Shown: positions 11,585 to 24,478 of the stretch, piece after piece
Layout: each line of letters opens with the position of its first letter
How positions within the stretch are numbered: the first letter of the stretch is position 1
Source of the DNA: Perna viridis
Taxonomy: Eukaryota
Length of the DNA: 64,000 nucleotides
Direction of reading: 5' to 3'
Assembly: GCA_037379345.1 (NCBI GenBank)
Contig: CM074518.1
Coordinates: 682,001-746,000, forward strand
Made by a program: the position numbers and the translations under genes
Notes under the pieces: generated by a model
Databases searched by the model: none
Told to the model about the DNA's origin: nothing
What the model saw: only the letters and a program-made list of their open reading frames with translations

Positions 11585-13095
11585 ATGGACCATTAGAGAT
11601 ATCTGCAATCTGATTGAAAAATGCAGGCAGCGATTTTCACAAGGAATAAAAAAAAAAAAACATTTTGATTTCAGACAAAAAATAAATCAAAGTGCTGTTA
11701 GCACCAGAGATTTCTGATTCTTGTGAAAATAGTACTATTCACTCAAACTCAAAGATAACATGATGTAAAATAAAACTATAACCATGAATTTCCAATTCTC
11801 ATATAATTTAGAACTGTTTTTTCTTAAATGTTTAAACTGAATGTTAATCTTTGATACTGAATTAAAGAGGTAGGCAAACCTGTAAACCTTTCTCTTCTAC
11901 CGACAATGTCTAATCTGGGAGATTTAAAGAGATATGCAAACCTGTAAACCTTTCTCTCCTACAGACCCCTTATAACTCGAAAATGGTCCAAAACATTTCA
12001 AATCAGCTGACAAATTTGCTTAGCAGAATTAAAAAGGAATACAATGTAAAAAGGGTTATCAAAATCGAAAGAAAAACATTCTACATGGGTTTTAGTAAAA
12101 CACCTATTTTAACCCTTTTGGCCCCTTACTGTAAAACAGGGCCATAAAATCCAAAGTAAATAGTAACATTCCTATAGTGGTTAGTAAAGTCATATACAAA
12201 TTTCATAACAATTAGTCAACCACAACAAAATTTATTACAAAAAAAACAAGTTTCTATGGACGACGATAACCAAGAAGAGGATGACAGTGCTATACCAATA
12301 TACAACCACAATTTTGGGGTGTGTCCCCTTTGACCCCTTATAACTAAACTGTAAGAGGTATCTGAAATCTGACTGAAAAAACCCAGGCACAGATTTTCAT
12401 AAGATATTTAGTAAAAGAAATTTTTGAAGTAGGACCAAAAATAAATAATAGTCAAGTTATTGTCTGGACAATTACTTAATTAAATTCGTTTCTGAATTAA
12501 AGCCATACTATTCACAAAATGCCATAAACAATACTCTATTTATTTATTCCTAAACCTAAGACAGAACTTAGTTTACTCTGCCCCATGTCATTGGAATACC
12601 CTCTAAAATGAATAAGAAGTACAAAAGGAATAAGTGAATAAGTCTTATTAAGCAGAATTAAAAATCTTCCTAATTCAACTGTATTTACATGTACTATAAT
12701 GTTAAATGATAACTTGTGTATAATATACTAGTCCTCATTTTGTAATTTTCCTCTGTATTTTTGTTTTATTTGAGGACCTCAGGGAAGATTAGTTGTAAAC
12801 TACCTGTGTTACCCTCTTGAAATAAAGTTGTATTATAAAACAATATCACAGATATTCCTCAGCTTTTACTAGAGTAACATAGTTGAATTCTATAAAATGC
12901 TTGCTTTAGGCCCCATTTTAGCCCCTAGTTCTAAACAGTTATTATAAAATTTTATAAAGATCAACCAACTAATACTCAAGTAATCACACGAAAACCAGGT
13001 GTCTAAAAACAACAACGCCAAAGAAAATGACATGGTTGACGACAGCGCTATACCAATATACGACCGCAAATTTTTTGTGGTCATATAAAAATGTA
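11585..13095 (+). mobile_element. Cluster of degenerate Helentron-type/dispersed repeat fragments
   Basis: AGAG.TATCTG.AATCTGA.TGAAAAA..CAGGCA block at ~11596, ~12354 and ~31114. Terminal hairpin TATACCAATATACGACCGCAAATTTTTTGTGGTCATATA at ~13050, with a degenerate copy at ~12290. 11685-11825 is similar to 36270-36395. Confidence 0.5.
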
Positions 13096-13741
13096 CACTT
13101 ATATTTTTCAAGATCGGAATTGTGATTTATTCTGTATCATAATATTTTTGGTAAGAAAGTTTTTTTTTTCCAGATTCCCAATCATAAAAATTTGGATGTT
13201 TAGGAATTGCGAATAAAAGTATTAATGTGTTTAAACATTGAAAACATTTTTTTATTCTTCTTTAAATTATTAAACTTGAAAAGTGTGCACAGTTTCTTTT
13301 TTCCATCAATGTACATTTATGTATTCTATGAATCCTTGGGAGACACATTCTTTGTATGAGCCATGGCTCCAAGGGTCTCCAGGGTTAACAGGTTTCATTT
13401 TGTTGATGCTTTGATGCATGCATGCCAAATTTCACAATTTGATGTCAATAGACTATGTATTTTACTCCTTATTCCCTCCAAAAATTTGATTAAATTGTCG
13501 ACCTAATTTCAGATAAATCTACATAAGATACTTATCCTGTTTAACTATTTTTATTCATGAATATCAGTTCTTCAGAAATCAGGCCAAAAATTTGTCTAGT
13601 TTCCTGCTTTTATTTTGGTGCCTTCCCTAAGCATTTAATGGCTTTTTTGGCTCAAACATCATTAAAGTCTAGAGTCTTACCTCATTGAACATACAATGTT
13701 TTTGAAAAATAAAATCATTATATTTTTCTTGCTGGTAGCAG

Positions 13742-13901
13742 NNNNNNNNNNNNNNNNNNNNNNNNNNNNNNNNNNNNNNNNNNNNNNNNNNNNNNNNNNN
13801 NNNNNNNNNNNNNNNNNNNNNNNNNNNNNNNNNNNNNNNNNNNNNNNNNNNNNNNNNNNNNNNNNNNNNNNNNNNNNNNNNNNNNNNNNNNNNNNNNNNN
13901 N
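13742..13901. other. Assembly gap (160 N)
   Basis: Run of N. Confidence 1.
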
Positions 13902-14251
13902 TTACTTCCAAAATATGGATAGCTGAATGAATTGTCTAGCAGGAGACTAATAGATTCAGAAAGTTGAAGCCCTGTTAGGCAGAATTTTTTTTCCATTCGA
14001 CAAAGATTCAAAATGATTTTTAAAACAAGTGTTTTAGTCATGGAAAATGTGATTGAACCAGTTCTGTGAGAAATGAGGTGAAGGTCAATACTAATGAGTT
14101 ACGTCTTTCTTACAAATGAGGAGAGGAGGGTAAAGTTTGAAAAAAGGGAGAGGGTCAAATTTCACTTAGTTATTTACAAGACTAAGTTCACATGTCAACA
14201 AAATATCCATATCCATATTTAATTTGTAATATTTGTTCCAACAGAAAAGCC

Positions 14252-15202
14252 ATGTACAAGGTTTCTTTTTCCTATAATGCTGATGCAAAGACAGATATCA
14301 ATCTTAAAGTTGGAGACATAATCACACAAGTAGAAGATGTTGGAAATGGTTGGTCATTGGGGTATAATGCATCATCAGGTAAAACAGGAACCTTCCCAAC
14401 AGAATTTATTATAAAAAAGGAATCGTTCAAAAACAAAATCAAAAGACTCTCACTGGCAAAGAGATCTTCAGACAAGATTAAACAGTCTCCAGTCAAGGCC
14501 AGTGAGGGGACCTTAATCCCCAGGGAGAAGGCAAAGATACCTGACAACATTCTCCACAGAAGACTTACATATCATTCTGGCAATAAGCAGGTAATAAGTG
14601 TAAAACTTCCAAATTCTATTATAAGACCAATTAAAACAGCCCAACATACCATACTTAGAAGTAGTCTTAGGAAGAAAAAAATCCTGAATAGTTTCTTTGG
14701 TTTTGTTGGCGGATTAATTGCTAGTGGAATTCTGTATGTTCTCCTGCGATACAGTTATGACTATTCTATAGAGACATCAGGCTGGCTTACCTTAGGATTT
14801 TCTGTCCCTATTTGTGTAGGGATGACACTATCTACACATATGCGTTGCATCATACTTTTAATGGTGCCAAATTTATTTACTGGAAAAGGCAGGACTGTCC
14901 TTATGTCAATTATTTTTGCCAAACTTTTAGCTGGGCCTGTTGTCAATATTGCATATAATGCTCAACAAGCATCTGAATCTATGGCATGTGCCCAGGAGCT
15001 AATTTACAACCAAACTCATCAACTCAAAAGACAACTAGAGGGGCCAATGCGCAGAATTGAAAAAACTATATACAATGGACTTGTGAAAGTTAGGGATGTA
15101 GCTCAAGGTATCAAGGACTTTATTCAGCCAGTATTGAAGGTCATAGACAGCTTCACAAGTGGGTTGGAAAAAGCTGGAAATGCCCTTAAAACAGCAGCTG
15201 AT
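14252..15202 (+). CDS. DCST-like gene B, coding exon 1: SH3 domain, basic linker, N-terminal TM segments, start of ectodomain
   Basis: Acceptor TTCCAACAG| at 14244, then GCCATG. SH3 signature YKVSFSYNADAKTDINLKVGDII..GNGWSLG..GKTGTFPTEFI. DCST motifs RCIILLMVPNLFTGKGR and GPVVNIAYN..ESMAC. Donor GAT|GTAAGT, phase 0. Confidence 0.9.
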
Positions 15203-16258
15203 GTAAGTCATATCATGTTTGATCCATAGTATTTAACTAGAAATATTGCGAGCAAGCTCTCAAAAGAAACCACTCACTTCAAACAGAGTTATGTAAAAAT
15301 TGTAAGTTCAGGCATGATGATTTTATGGATTTTTGGCATAAATCTATCTAAGGAAACTTAGCTTTTTTCCTGTCATCTTCTCACTTCATTCAGTTTCATC
15401 CTACCTGCATTTTGCATACATTTTATTAATCTTTTTTTTTTTTTTCTTTTTTTTTTTTTTTTTGACATTTGAGTATATAAATTTCTCTTTTGATATTAAC
15501 TGACACAGTGCATGAGTACTTTGATAAGAATGTGCCTTATCACATACAGTGTCCAATCCAACTTTTTGCATCTTTAGGTAGATTTTTGCCCCATCTCATT
15601 GACCATTTATATCTATAGGTAGTTTTTTGCCCACTCCCACAAACCCTTGAAGGTAAGTTTTGTATCAGGGCAATCCCAAGGACTTCCCACATGTTTTTTT
15701 TCTTTAGAAAATTTGACTGGAGTATAACACTAGTGCTTATTAATTTTCAAATTTTTGTATGGCTATTTTTCATCCTACTGAAAGGTTCTCAGAATGAAAC
15801 CCATATTGTAAACAAGCTTAATACAACCAAGGAGGTTAAATCTGTGGGGACAGGTATGGCTACAGCATTAAAACTTGATACAACTTGGACTTTCCAAAAA
15901 TGGAAAATGATCTTGTTGTCAGGACCTTTCACTGAAAGGTGTGTTTACACTTGGTAAATACCTTTTTGTTTCTAGTGTTGTTTTGTTTTGTCTTACTTTA
16001 AACATAATTTATTTATTATTATTATTTTTTTTTTTTTGGGGGGGGGGGGGTATTTCCTTAAACATTTGGAGCCAAAACTTCCAAAATATATCCCAACTGT
16101 CCTTTTATGTGGTGGATACAATTTCATAGATATCTATTTTCTCATATTTCTCTATTTTGTACAACTGCAATTCATTTTATAAAAAGATGTTTTCAAAAGG
16201 ACTCTTTATTTTCTTATTGTTACCATTATTGTTTATAGCCCAAACTTTATCTTATCAG

Positions 16259-16875
16259 AAATGTTCAAGTGGAGTTCAGTATGCCAAATCTAAGTGTGTG
16301 GATGGTATCAATGGAGCTAAAAGTGCCTGTGAGAGAGAACTCAGAAAAATTGATCCCACTAATAAAATCATTAACTTTAGTAAAGATACCTCAAACAAGG
16401 TTGTTGGATTTGGTAAAGATGCCAAGGGTAAAATTGTTGATTTTGGTAAAAGTATTGGAGATGGCATCAAAGGATTTTTTGGAAAAAAGAGAAAAAAAAG
16501 AGGAGCCATGATTGAGCAGGAAAAGGCAGCAATTGCATCAGCAAAGCAACTTATTGGTAGGGTAGAGAGTAGAAAACAACAGAAGATTAGAATGAACCCA
16601 TCAAACCAAGAAACATTCCTTACAAAGATTTCCCTGGACAAACCATCAACTAATGGAAATAACAATCTTGTAGAAAGCACACACTTTCCAAAACTGAACT
16701 TAAAAAATATATCTCATCAAAGCTTAATCCATAAAACAAGTCTGACAAGACAACTCCAATCAACAACAAGAAATCTAAGAACACCACTCGAACCAACAAG
16801 CAGTCTTACACTATCAGTCCAATCAACAAGCAGTCTGAAAACACCACTAAAACTGGCAATACATTCAATACAAAG
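16259..16875 (+). CDS. DCST-like gene B, coding exon 2 (Cys-rich ectodomain with large insertion)
   Basis: Acceptor CTTATCAG| (phase 0). KCSSGVQYAKSKCVDGINGAKSACE aligns with gene C exon 2 ECDKVIGKVYRKCVNGINDAYTKCKE. Donor AAG|GTAAAT (phase 2) joins the next exon in frame. Confidence 0.82.
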
Positions 16876-17262
16876 GTAAATCATATTTGATGTATTCTTT
16901 TTTTTTTTTTTTTGCACAAGATCATTGTCACAATAATTTATTGGTTGAAACTTGACCAAAATTAATGTGGTAACAAAAAGTTACCTGATACTTATAGGTA
17001 TTCATGGGTATCAAATAATCAATCATATCACAAACAATAATCAATGATACCATTGATTTATTTCAATCCAAACACAATCCAATTTTCATCTCAGTTCTTC
17101 AATTTTCTCAATGTTAGCGCGAAAGTATAGTTCAACTTTAGTTTTCCAATAGTTAATTTTCCTTTTCTTAAAACTTATAGCCCTTTTCTTCCATTAATTA
17201 AAAGCTGTATCTATTTTATCAGTTAGATTTTCTATAATTATCTATACTATTTTATATTTCAG

Positions 17263-18547
17263 ATATAAGCGGTTAAGTCTGCTAGACAAAATCTGTATTG
17301 CCTTAGACATTAGTGCTATATGTCAAGTCGTACAGTTGGGAGAATATGTAGTCTGTACACCTTTAAAATTCTTCTCCGACCTGATTGGCCTGACTACCAA
17401 TGGTATAAAGAAAGCCGTCTCCTCTGTGACTAACTTTTTTTACTTTGATTTTGATGGCAATTTTGATTCAACAGGAGACATCTCCTCATCAAAAACTGCA
17501 AAACAAATAGTATCAGAGGTGAAAGCAGACATTTTGTCTAAATTGGCAAAGTTTTCTGAAGCTGCAAGTATATTTGGGTATATAATGAGTTTAGCATTGT
17601 TAATACTATTCAGTAAGTCAGCTATATACCTACGGAAATTCTTGAGCAAGGACCGTTATGACAATTTCTACATAACTACTTCATTTAAGCAATATGACCT
17701 TGAATGTAGGGTAAATGGCAACAGCTCAGTTCTGCCTCTAAAAAGAGGAGAAAGGAGCAAGTATGTAGACACAAGGTCTCTCTTTCTGGTGTCTAAAGAG
17801 ATTGCTCACTTTAAACAGGGGTTTGGGAAGGTATTAATTCATCTCCTTATTGCAGCAGTAATCATCGTCTTTGATTACACCTTGTACTTTGTTCTCAGCT
17901 TGATTGATCGCTATGGAAACCTGAATATAAACATTGGAGGCAATAGCAAACTTGATGTATCAGTTGATGGGAGTGGGTTTATAGCTGCTTTCTTGAGGGC
18001 TTTTCTAAGCACAATAGACTTAAACTCAGATTTCGGTGTTGAATTTAACCTTACAGTATGTATTCCAAAGGTAAGCAAACCTAATGAGGACAACATCTTC
18101 ATTTTTAGTTTCCTTTATTTCTTTGGATTTGTTTTTGTTGTCATGCAGGCATATGGCTTAAGATTAAGACGCAAAATTGCAACATTTTTCTTTCCAGAAA
18201 GAGATGAAGAGAGAAACAAGTTCCTCCATGACAAGATCTGTATCAAAAGAAAATCATTTTTTGGTTGGATGAGACAACATATACTCTCTCGAAACAAACA
18301 ATTTCATATTGAAAATAGAATCACTATTCGTGGCTGGCTTCAATATAAATATCCTGTCCTTGCCCAATTCTGTAGCATTTGCCTTCTGACCAAAAAACAA
18401 TGCTTGAACTGTGACATGGACTATGATAAAAAAATAAGATTCTCAGTCTGTCCTGTCTGTAATTCAAACTACTGTGAGGAATGCTTTATTCATGAAATGA
18501 AAAATAATTGTCTTGTGTGTGATACTAGGAATAAATTCCAAAAATAG
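17263..18547 (+). CDS. DCST-like gene B, terminal coding exon (DC-STAMP domain, TM helices, C4C4 RING); whole protein 950 aa
   Basis: Acceptor ATTTCAG|A, in frame with the 17336 ORF. Motifs YLRKFLSKDRYDNFYIT, VLPLKRGER, AYGLRLRRKIATFFFPERDEER and a C4C4 RING. TAG at 18545-18547. Confidence 0.95.
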
Positions 18548-18559
18548 CACTACTGCTAA

Positions 18560-18845
18560 TACCAAATATAACCATTGCATGTTCAGAGACTGACCGTTGC
18601 TTTAACCAATTATAACCACTACATGTACTGAGTCTGACTGTTGTTTTAACTTGTTATAACCAATACATGTACCAAGTCTGACTGTTGTATTAACTTATTA
18701 TAACCAATACATGTACTGAGTCTGGCTGTTGCTCTAACCAATTATAACGAATAAATGTATCAAGTCTGGCTGTTGACTTAACCAAATATAACCATTGCAT
18801 GCACCAAAAATGATTCAATACATGTACAGAGTACAACTGTTGCTT
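18560..18845. repeat. Degenerate ~45 bp tandem repeat immediately 3' of the gene B stop codon
   Basis: TATAACCAATACATGTAC..AGTCTGACTGTTG units. Confidence 0.7.
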
Positions 18846-19585
18846 TTTCAAAAGTACTGGTTTTGATTGTTGCTAGTGCTACACAGGGCCATTACTTGTA
18901 CCAAACAGTTTGTAGTTGTTATCAATATCCTTGACTGAGACAGTACTAGATCCCATTTGTTGTATTTTTGATAATTTAATAGTGGTATTTTTTGAGGGGT
19001 TTATTGTTTATTGTTATTGTTAAGCTATTCCAATTGCTACAGAATTACCAACAAAAATGAAGCAGAAATTTACAGCTTTTTGTATTTATTGTTGAATTTC
19101 AGATCATAACAAAATTGGACTACAGCTTGTACTTAAAAGGACTAGGGCCGTTGTTTTTACTGAATAGAACGGTTCTTTGTATAAAATATATATAGGATTG
19201 TTGTGTGCTGTAGTATTGAACTATTATACATTCAAATATTTCTTGAATTTAACATTAAAGCATAAATATTAGAGCTACAATATGTTTCAAGATTATCACT
19301 TAGACTACAACTGTAGGCATTGCTGGTATACTGCAGACACTCAAATTTTCAACCTCATTTTTAAGTTGAAAGTAGTTTTGGATTTTCAACTCTTTTCATT
19401 GACACTTTTAAAATTGAAAACCTCTGGTTTTCCTCCAGAAGACCACCCATTTCAAACTTGGAAATGTTCAGAACCTTGCACTGTAAAGTGTTTAAAATTT
19501 GTCTGTTTTGTTTTCCCCGATGTTAATAACCACGATGTAAGCAACATTATGATTTTTTTTTCATGTTATAAAGTGAAAGCTGCAT

Positions 19586-21600
19586 ATAACATTACTACAT
19601 TTGTACAATTAAAGGATTATAAAAAAGAACTGATCAAACCTGAAACCATTATGCCCTTTTGGTTTGATGCTACATTTGTACAGTTAAAGGATTATAAAAA
19701 AGAACTGGTCAAACCTGAAACCATAATGCCCTTTTGGTTTGATGCTACATTTGTACAATTAAAGGATTATAAAAAAAAGAACTGGTCAAACCTGAAACCA
19801 TAATGCCCTTTTGGTTTGATGGTATTTACTATAACATCACTACATTTGTACAATTAAAGGATTATAAAAAAAAGAACTGGTCAAACCTGAAACCATAAAG
19901 CCCTTGTGGTTTGATGGTATTTACTATAACATTACTACATTTGTACAATTAAAGGATTATAAAAAAGAACTTGTCAAACCTGAAACCATAATGCCCTTGT
20001 GGTTTGATGATATTTACTATAACACTACATTTGTACAATTAAAGGATTATAAAAAAGAACTGGTCAAACCTGAAACCAAAATGCCCTTTTGGTTTGATGC
20101 TACATTTGTACAATTAAAGGATTATAAAAAAGAACTGGTCAAACCTGAAACCATAATGCCCTTGTGGTTTAATGGTATTTACTATAACATTACTACATTT
20201 GTACAATTAAAGGATTATAAAAAAGAACTGGTCAAACCTGAAACCATTATGCCCTTTTGGTTTGATGCTACATTTGTACAGTTAAAGGATTATAAAAAAG
20301 AACTGGTCAAACCTGAAACCATAATGCCTTTTTGGTTTGATGCTACATTTGTACAATTAAAGGATTATAAAAAAAAGAACTGGTCAAACCTGAAACCATA
20401 ATGCCCTTTTGGTTTGATGGTATTTACTATAACATCACTACATTTGTACAATTAAAGGATTATAAAAAAGAACTGGTCAAACCTGAAACCATAAAGCCCT
20501 TGTGGTTTGATGGTATTTACTATAACATTACTACATTTGTACAATTAAAGGATTATAAAAAAGAACTGGTCAAACCTGAAACCATAATGCCCTTGTGGTT
20601 TGATGGTATTTACTATAACACTACATTTGTACAATTAAAGGATTATAAAAAAGAACTGGTCAAACCTGAAACCAAAATGCCCTTTTGGTTTGATGCTACA
20701 TTTGTACAATTAAAGGATTATAAAAAAGAACTGGTCAAACCTGAAACCATAATGCCCTTGTGGTTTGATGGTATTTACTATAACATTACTACATTTGTAC
20801 AATTAAAGGATTATAAAAAAGAACTGGTCAAACCTGAAACCATAATGCCCTTGTGGTTTGATGGTATTTACTATAACACTACATTTGTACAATTAAAGGA
20901 TTATAAAAAAGAACTGGTCAAACCTGAAACCATTATGCCCTTTTGGTTTGATGCTACATTTGTACAGTTAAAGGATTATAAAAAAGAACTGGTCAAACCT
21001 GAAACCATAATGCCCTTTTGGTTTGATGCTACATTTGTACAATTAAAGGATTATAAAAAAAAGAACTGGTCAAACCTGAAACTATAATGCCCTTTTGGTT
21101 TGATGGTATTTACTATAACACTATATTTGTACAATTAAAGGATTATAAAAAAGAACTGGTCAAACCTGAAACCATTATGCCCTTTTGGTTTGATGCTACA
21201 TTTGTACAGTTAAAGGATTATGAAAAAGAACTGGTCAAACCTGAAACCATAATGCCCTTTTGGTTTGATGCTACATTTGTACAATTAAAGGATTATAAAA
21301 AAAGAACTGGTCAAACCTGAAACCACAATGCCATTTTGGTTTGATGGTATTTACTATAACATCACTACATTTGTACAATTAAAGGATTATAAAAAAGAAC
21401 TGGTCAAACCTGAAACCATAATGCCCTTGTGGTTTGATGGTATTTACTATAACATTACTACATTTGTACAATTAAAGGATTATAAACAAGAACTGGTCAA
21501 ACCTGAAACCATAATGCCCTTTTGGTTTGATGCTACATTTGTACAATTAAAGGATTATAAACAAGAACTGGTCAAACCTGAAACCATAATGCCCTTTTGA
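19586..21600. repeat. Composite minisatellite, 24 units of 75/90/93 bp
   Basis: Core CTACATTTGTACAATTAAAGGATTATAAAAAAGAACTGGTCAAACCTGAAACCATAATGCCCTTTTGGTTTGATG, with or without GTATTTACTATAACA(TTA). Units are highly homogeneous. Confidence 0.97.
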
Positions 21601-22773
21601 TGTAATTTATTATAAGTATTATCAATGTTTCATTCAGTCTATTAGAATAATATTTCAAACATGTTTTACACATTTTTTATGATAGCATTGTAGGGGTGCT
21701 TTTGAAGATCATTTTACCATTATATTCAATACAAAACTTCCAACAATTATTTGCTGCCTACAACACACATATCCAGTTGACCAAGAATATAAGTGAACAT
21801 TGCATTAGGTTTAGAATAGTTCTAATAGCATGAAATTACACGTATCAGTGATCGAATTTATGGGGAAATACTTGCTAAATGCAAGTTGAAATTCAATTTT
21901 GCTAGTAGAAACTATTTCCACTTGCTAAAATTTGCTAGTGGAATTCTGTATGTAATATAGGTGAAGTCCAGAAATAGCCCAAAAAACTTAAATTTAGCGA
22001 GTGTAAATGTTCAGTACTTTCTAAATTTACCTAAGGGAAAAAATTCCTAAATTCAATCCCAGCGTGTTGTTGTGCTTGGAATACCCTCATTTGTACAGGA
22101 AGTTGATATCCACCAAAATAGCTTATGCCACACACCAATCCATTGGAAGCAGAGATTTTTGTGATGAAAATTTTCTCTATCATTCGATATAGAGAAAAGT
22201 GGCAAGGTTCCACAAAACAGGAAATTTAAATCTAATAGCATCCAAAATGGCTTACAAAGTATGCCACATTTACATGAAGCTACACACCAAATTTAAAATC
22301 CATTCATCATTCCATAGGGAGCAGAGATAATTACAACGAAGTTCAGACATCAGGAAAGACGGAATGACTATTAGACAAGATAATTCAAGTATAGCATCCA
22401 CTAGATGAGTGGGGGTATAACTTGTTACAGATTCTGGTTGTAAAAGAAATGAAAATTGGGTTGTTTTAGAAAAATCATTGTATATTTTCATTGATATATT
22501 TATTTCAAGTTTTTAAACAAATTCTACTGATGATTAAAATAGAATGTTTGTTGATTGAATAAAAGTAGTTGATAGAGATTAAGCTAATGATTAAACATTT
22601 TTAACGTAAACATAATTAAACGTATTTTTCATAAATCATAACATTTTTCATGCAAGTTCATTTGTATGCCAACAAAGCTGTCAAAACATGGTAGATATGT
22701 CAAATTTGGTCTAGAAAACCATGATCAGTGGATGCTGAAAAATATGTAATGGCCTTCCATACAAATAAAATGG

Positions 22774-22972
22774 TCATCAAGGGAACCAAGATTAAAAGAA
22801 TGAAATTCATGCAGGGATGATGACTAGAAAGGGAAAACAGACTCATACAACAAAGAACAAAAAAATAACATGTACTAAGTGAGTACCTAAGGCTCCATTT
22901 AAAGCATGGACAAGGTGCACCTGTAGGGTAAATATCCTCTGCTTGTCTAGAAACACATACCCGCTCATAAAA
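22774..22972 (-). mobile_element. Diverged 3' fragment of the Penelope-like family
   Basis: CAAGGGAACCAAG..AGCATGGACAAGGTGCACCTGTAGGGTAA..TCCTCTGCTTGTCTAGAAACAC matches 54.9-55.1 kb. Confidence 0.7.
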
Positions 22973-24478
22973 TGTTGATGAATTTTTCATTGGTACCATA
23001 ACTAAAACAGTACAACTCAGCACGTCTATGTATAAAAACAACACTTATTCAGTAAGACTTATAAAAATTCTTTTCTGGAATCTAAAGTACCACCATTCTT
23101 ATATCAGTATTACTCTGTTTGGGTTCAAAGCAAAACTAATTTAAACACATCATACAAATTACAATTAATTGAGGCGTTACATAGAAAAAAGAAATCACCT
23201 TTAATTTTTGTAGAAAAAATGATAAATTTCAGATTTATGAATTTATGTAAAACTACCTAAATGTAATACATTACTGAATCATAACATTTGATTCTAACAT
23301 ATAAATACAAGAATTATTTATATGGACAAATGATTTTATTTTTTGGAAATGGAGTGTAAGTAAGCACTGTAATTCTGGAGGGTATACAATTGACTTGGTA
23401 TTCTCAGGCTCTGTTTTACTAACATCCACATAATAAGGGTTTTAATAGAACAATACACAGAACAAAGAGCTGCTTTCATGAATCCAGGAAAGAAGTACTA
23501 CCACAGAAAATGATTTCCTTGGTACTTCATCCATTTCCTGTCTTTTTAACATCTGTAATGATGGAAAGAATAGCCATCACAAAGATACTGATCAGAAAAG
23601 TTTGGGCAGATTTGAATGATTTATATAAGATGGGAAGATAAAAAATGAAGGAGTGACAGAGTATACTGATCAAGTGGCTTTGAATAGAAAAGCTGTTAGT
23701 CATCAGACAGAAGAACAATGAAAATGAATCCTATATAGGTTATTACAATACATACTAGTAAATAAATTCACAAAATAAACATGTAAATAAAAATCATAAA
23801 GTAATTTTTAACATGATTTTTATCATGATTTTAGAAAACACTTATTTTATATGCACAAAAAACAAATGCTTCCACATCAGTCCTATGCATATTTTACCAC
23901 ATATTTGGAAACATGTATTTTTTACTATGTTCTTGTGTGTTTTTAGGAACATTGTATAAAATATCAATAAAATCTTCTCAAGTATTGACTTAATAATTTT
24001 GTCCATCTTATTATGGTGTAAAAATATATATATTGTTAAGGACAACATGAATTTCCTTTTTTTTTTACTTTGAATATTTAAATGCAAGAATAAAAGGGAG
24101 AATAACACAGTATAAGGAGAGAACCCCAACTATCTACACCAGAAAAAATTGACTCTATTTCATCAGCTTAATACTTTAGACTAACATTATCTGTATTAAG
24201 AACCAGACATTCCAAAGTTTCCTCTATCAACATTGACTTGTTAACTATGAAAATGAACAATAATGATTTCCAATCAAATTATACATGTATCAGTAAGTAA
24301 CACCTACAAGTATCTATCTTATCATTATATTTATCATTTTTACCATCACCCTTACTCATTATATTTATCATATTTAACATCAGAAATCCTAATCAATCCT
24401 ATAAGGAAGGACCTTGTTTAGTTGTAAGTGGCATTCTTAACATTTTTTCCTGGTATTTTATTACTTTCATTCTGATAG

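Noticed and set aside
14192-14244. ORF-track N-terminus MSTKYPYPYLICNICSNR
   Set aside because: More likely intron: it ends in a good acceptor, and the SH3 begins at the Kozak-like ATG 14252. An extra upstream coding exon (for example in the N gap) cannot be excluded.
16157-16258. Apparent signal peptide at the start of the 240-aa ORF
   Set aside because: It is the T-rich polypyrimidine tract of the intron. Homology with gene C exon 2 starts at 16259.
19586-21600. CRISPR-like appearance of repeats with variable inserts
   Set aside because: No unique spacers, no cas genes, eukaryotic context.
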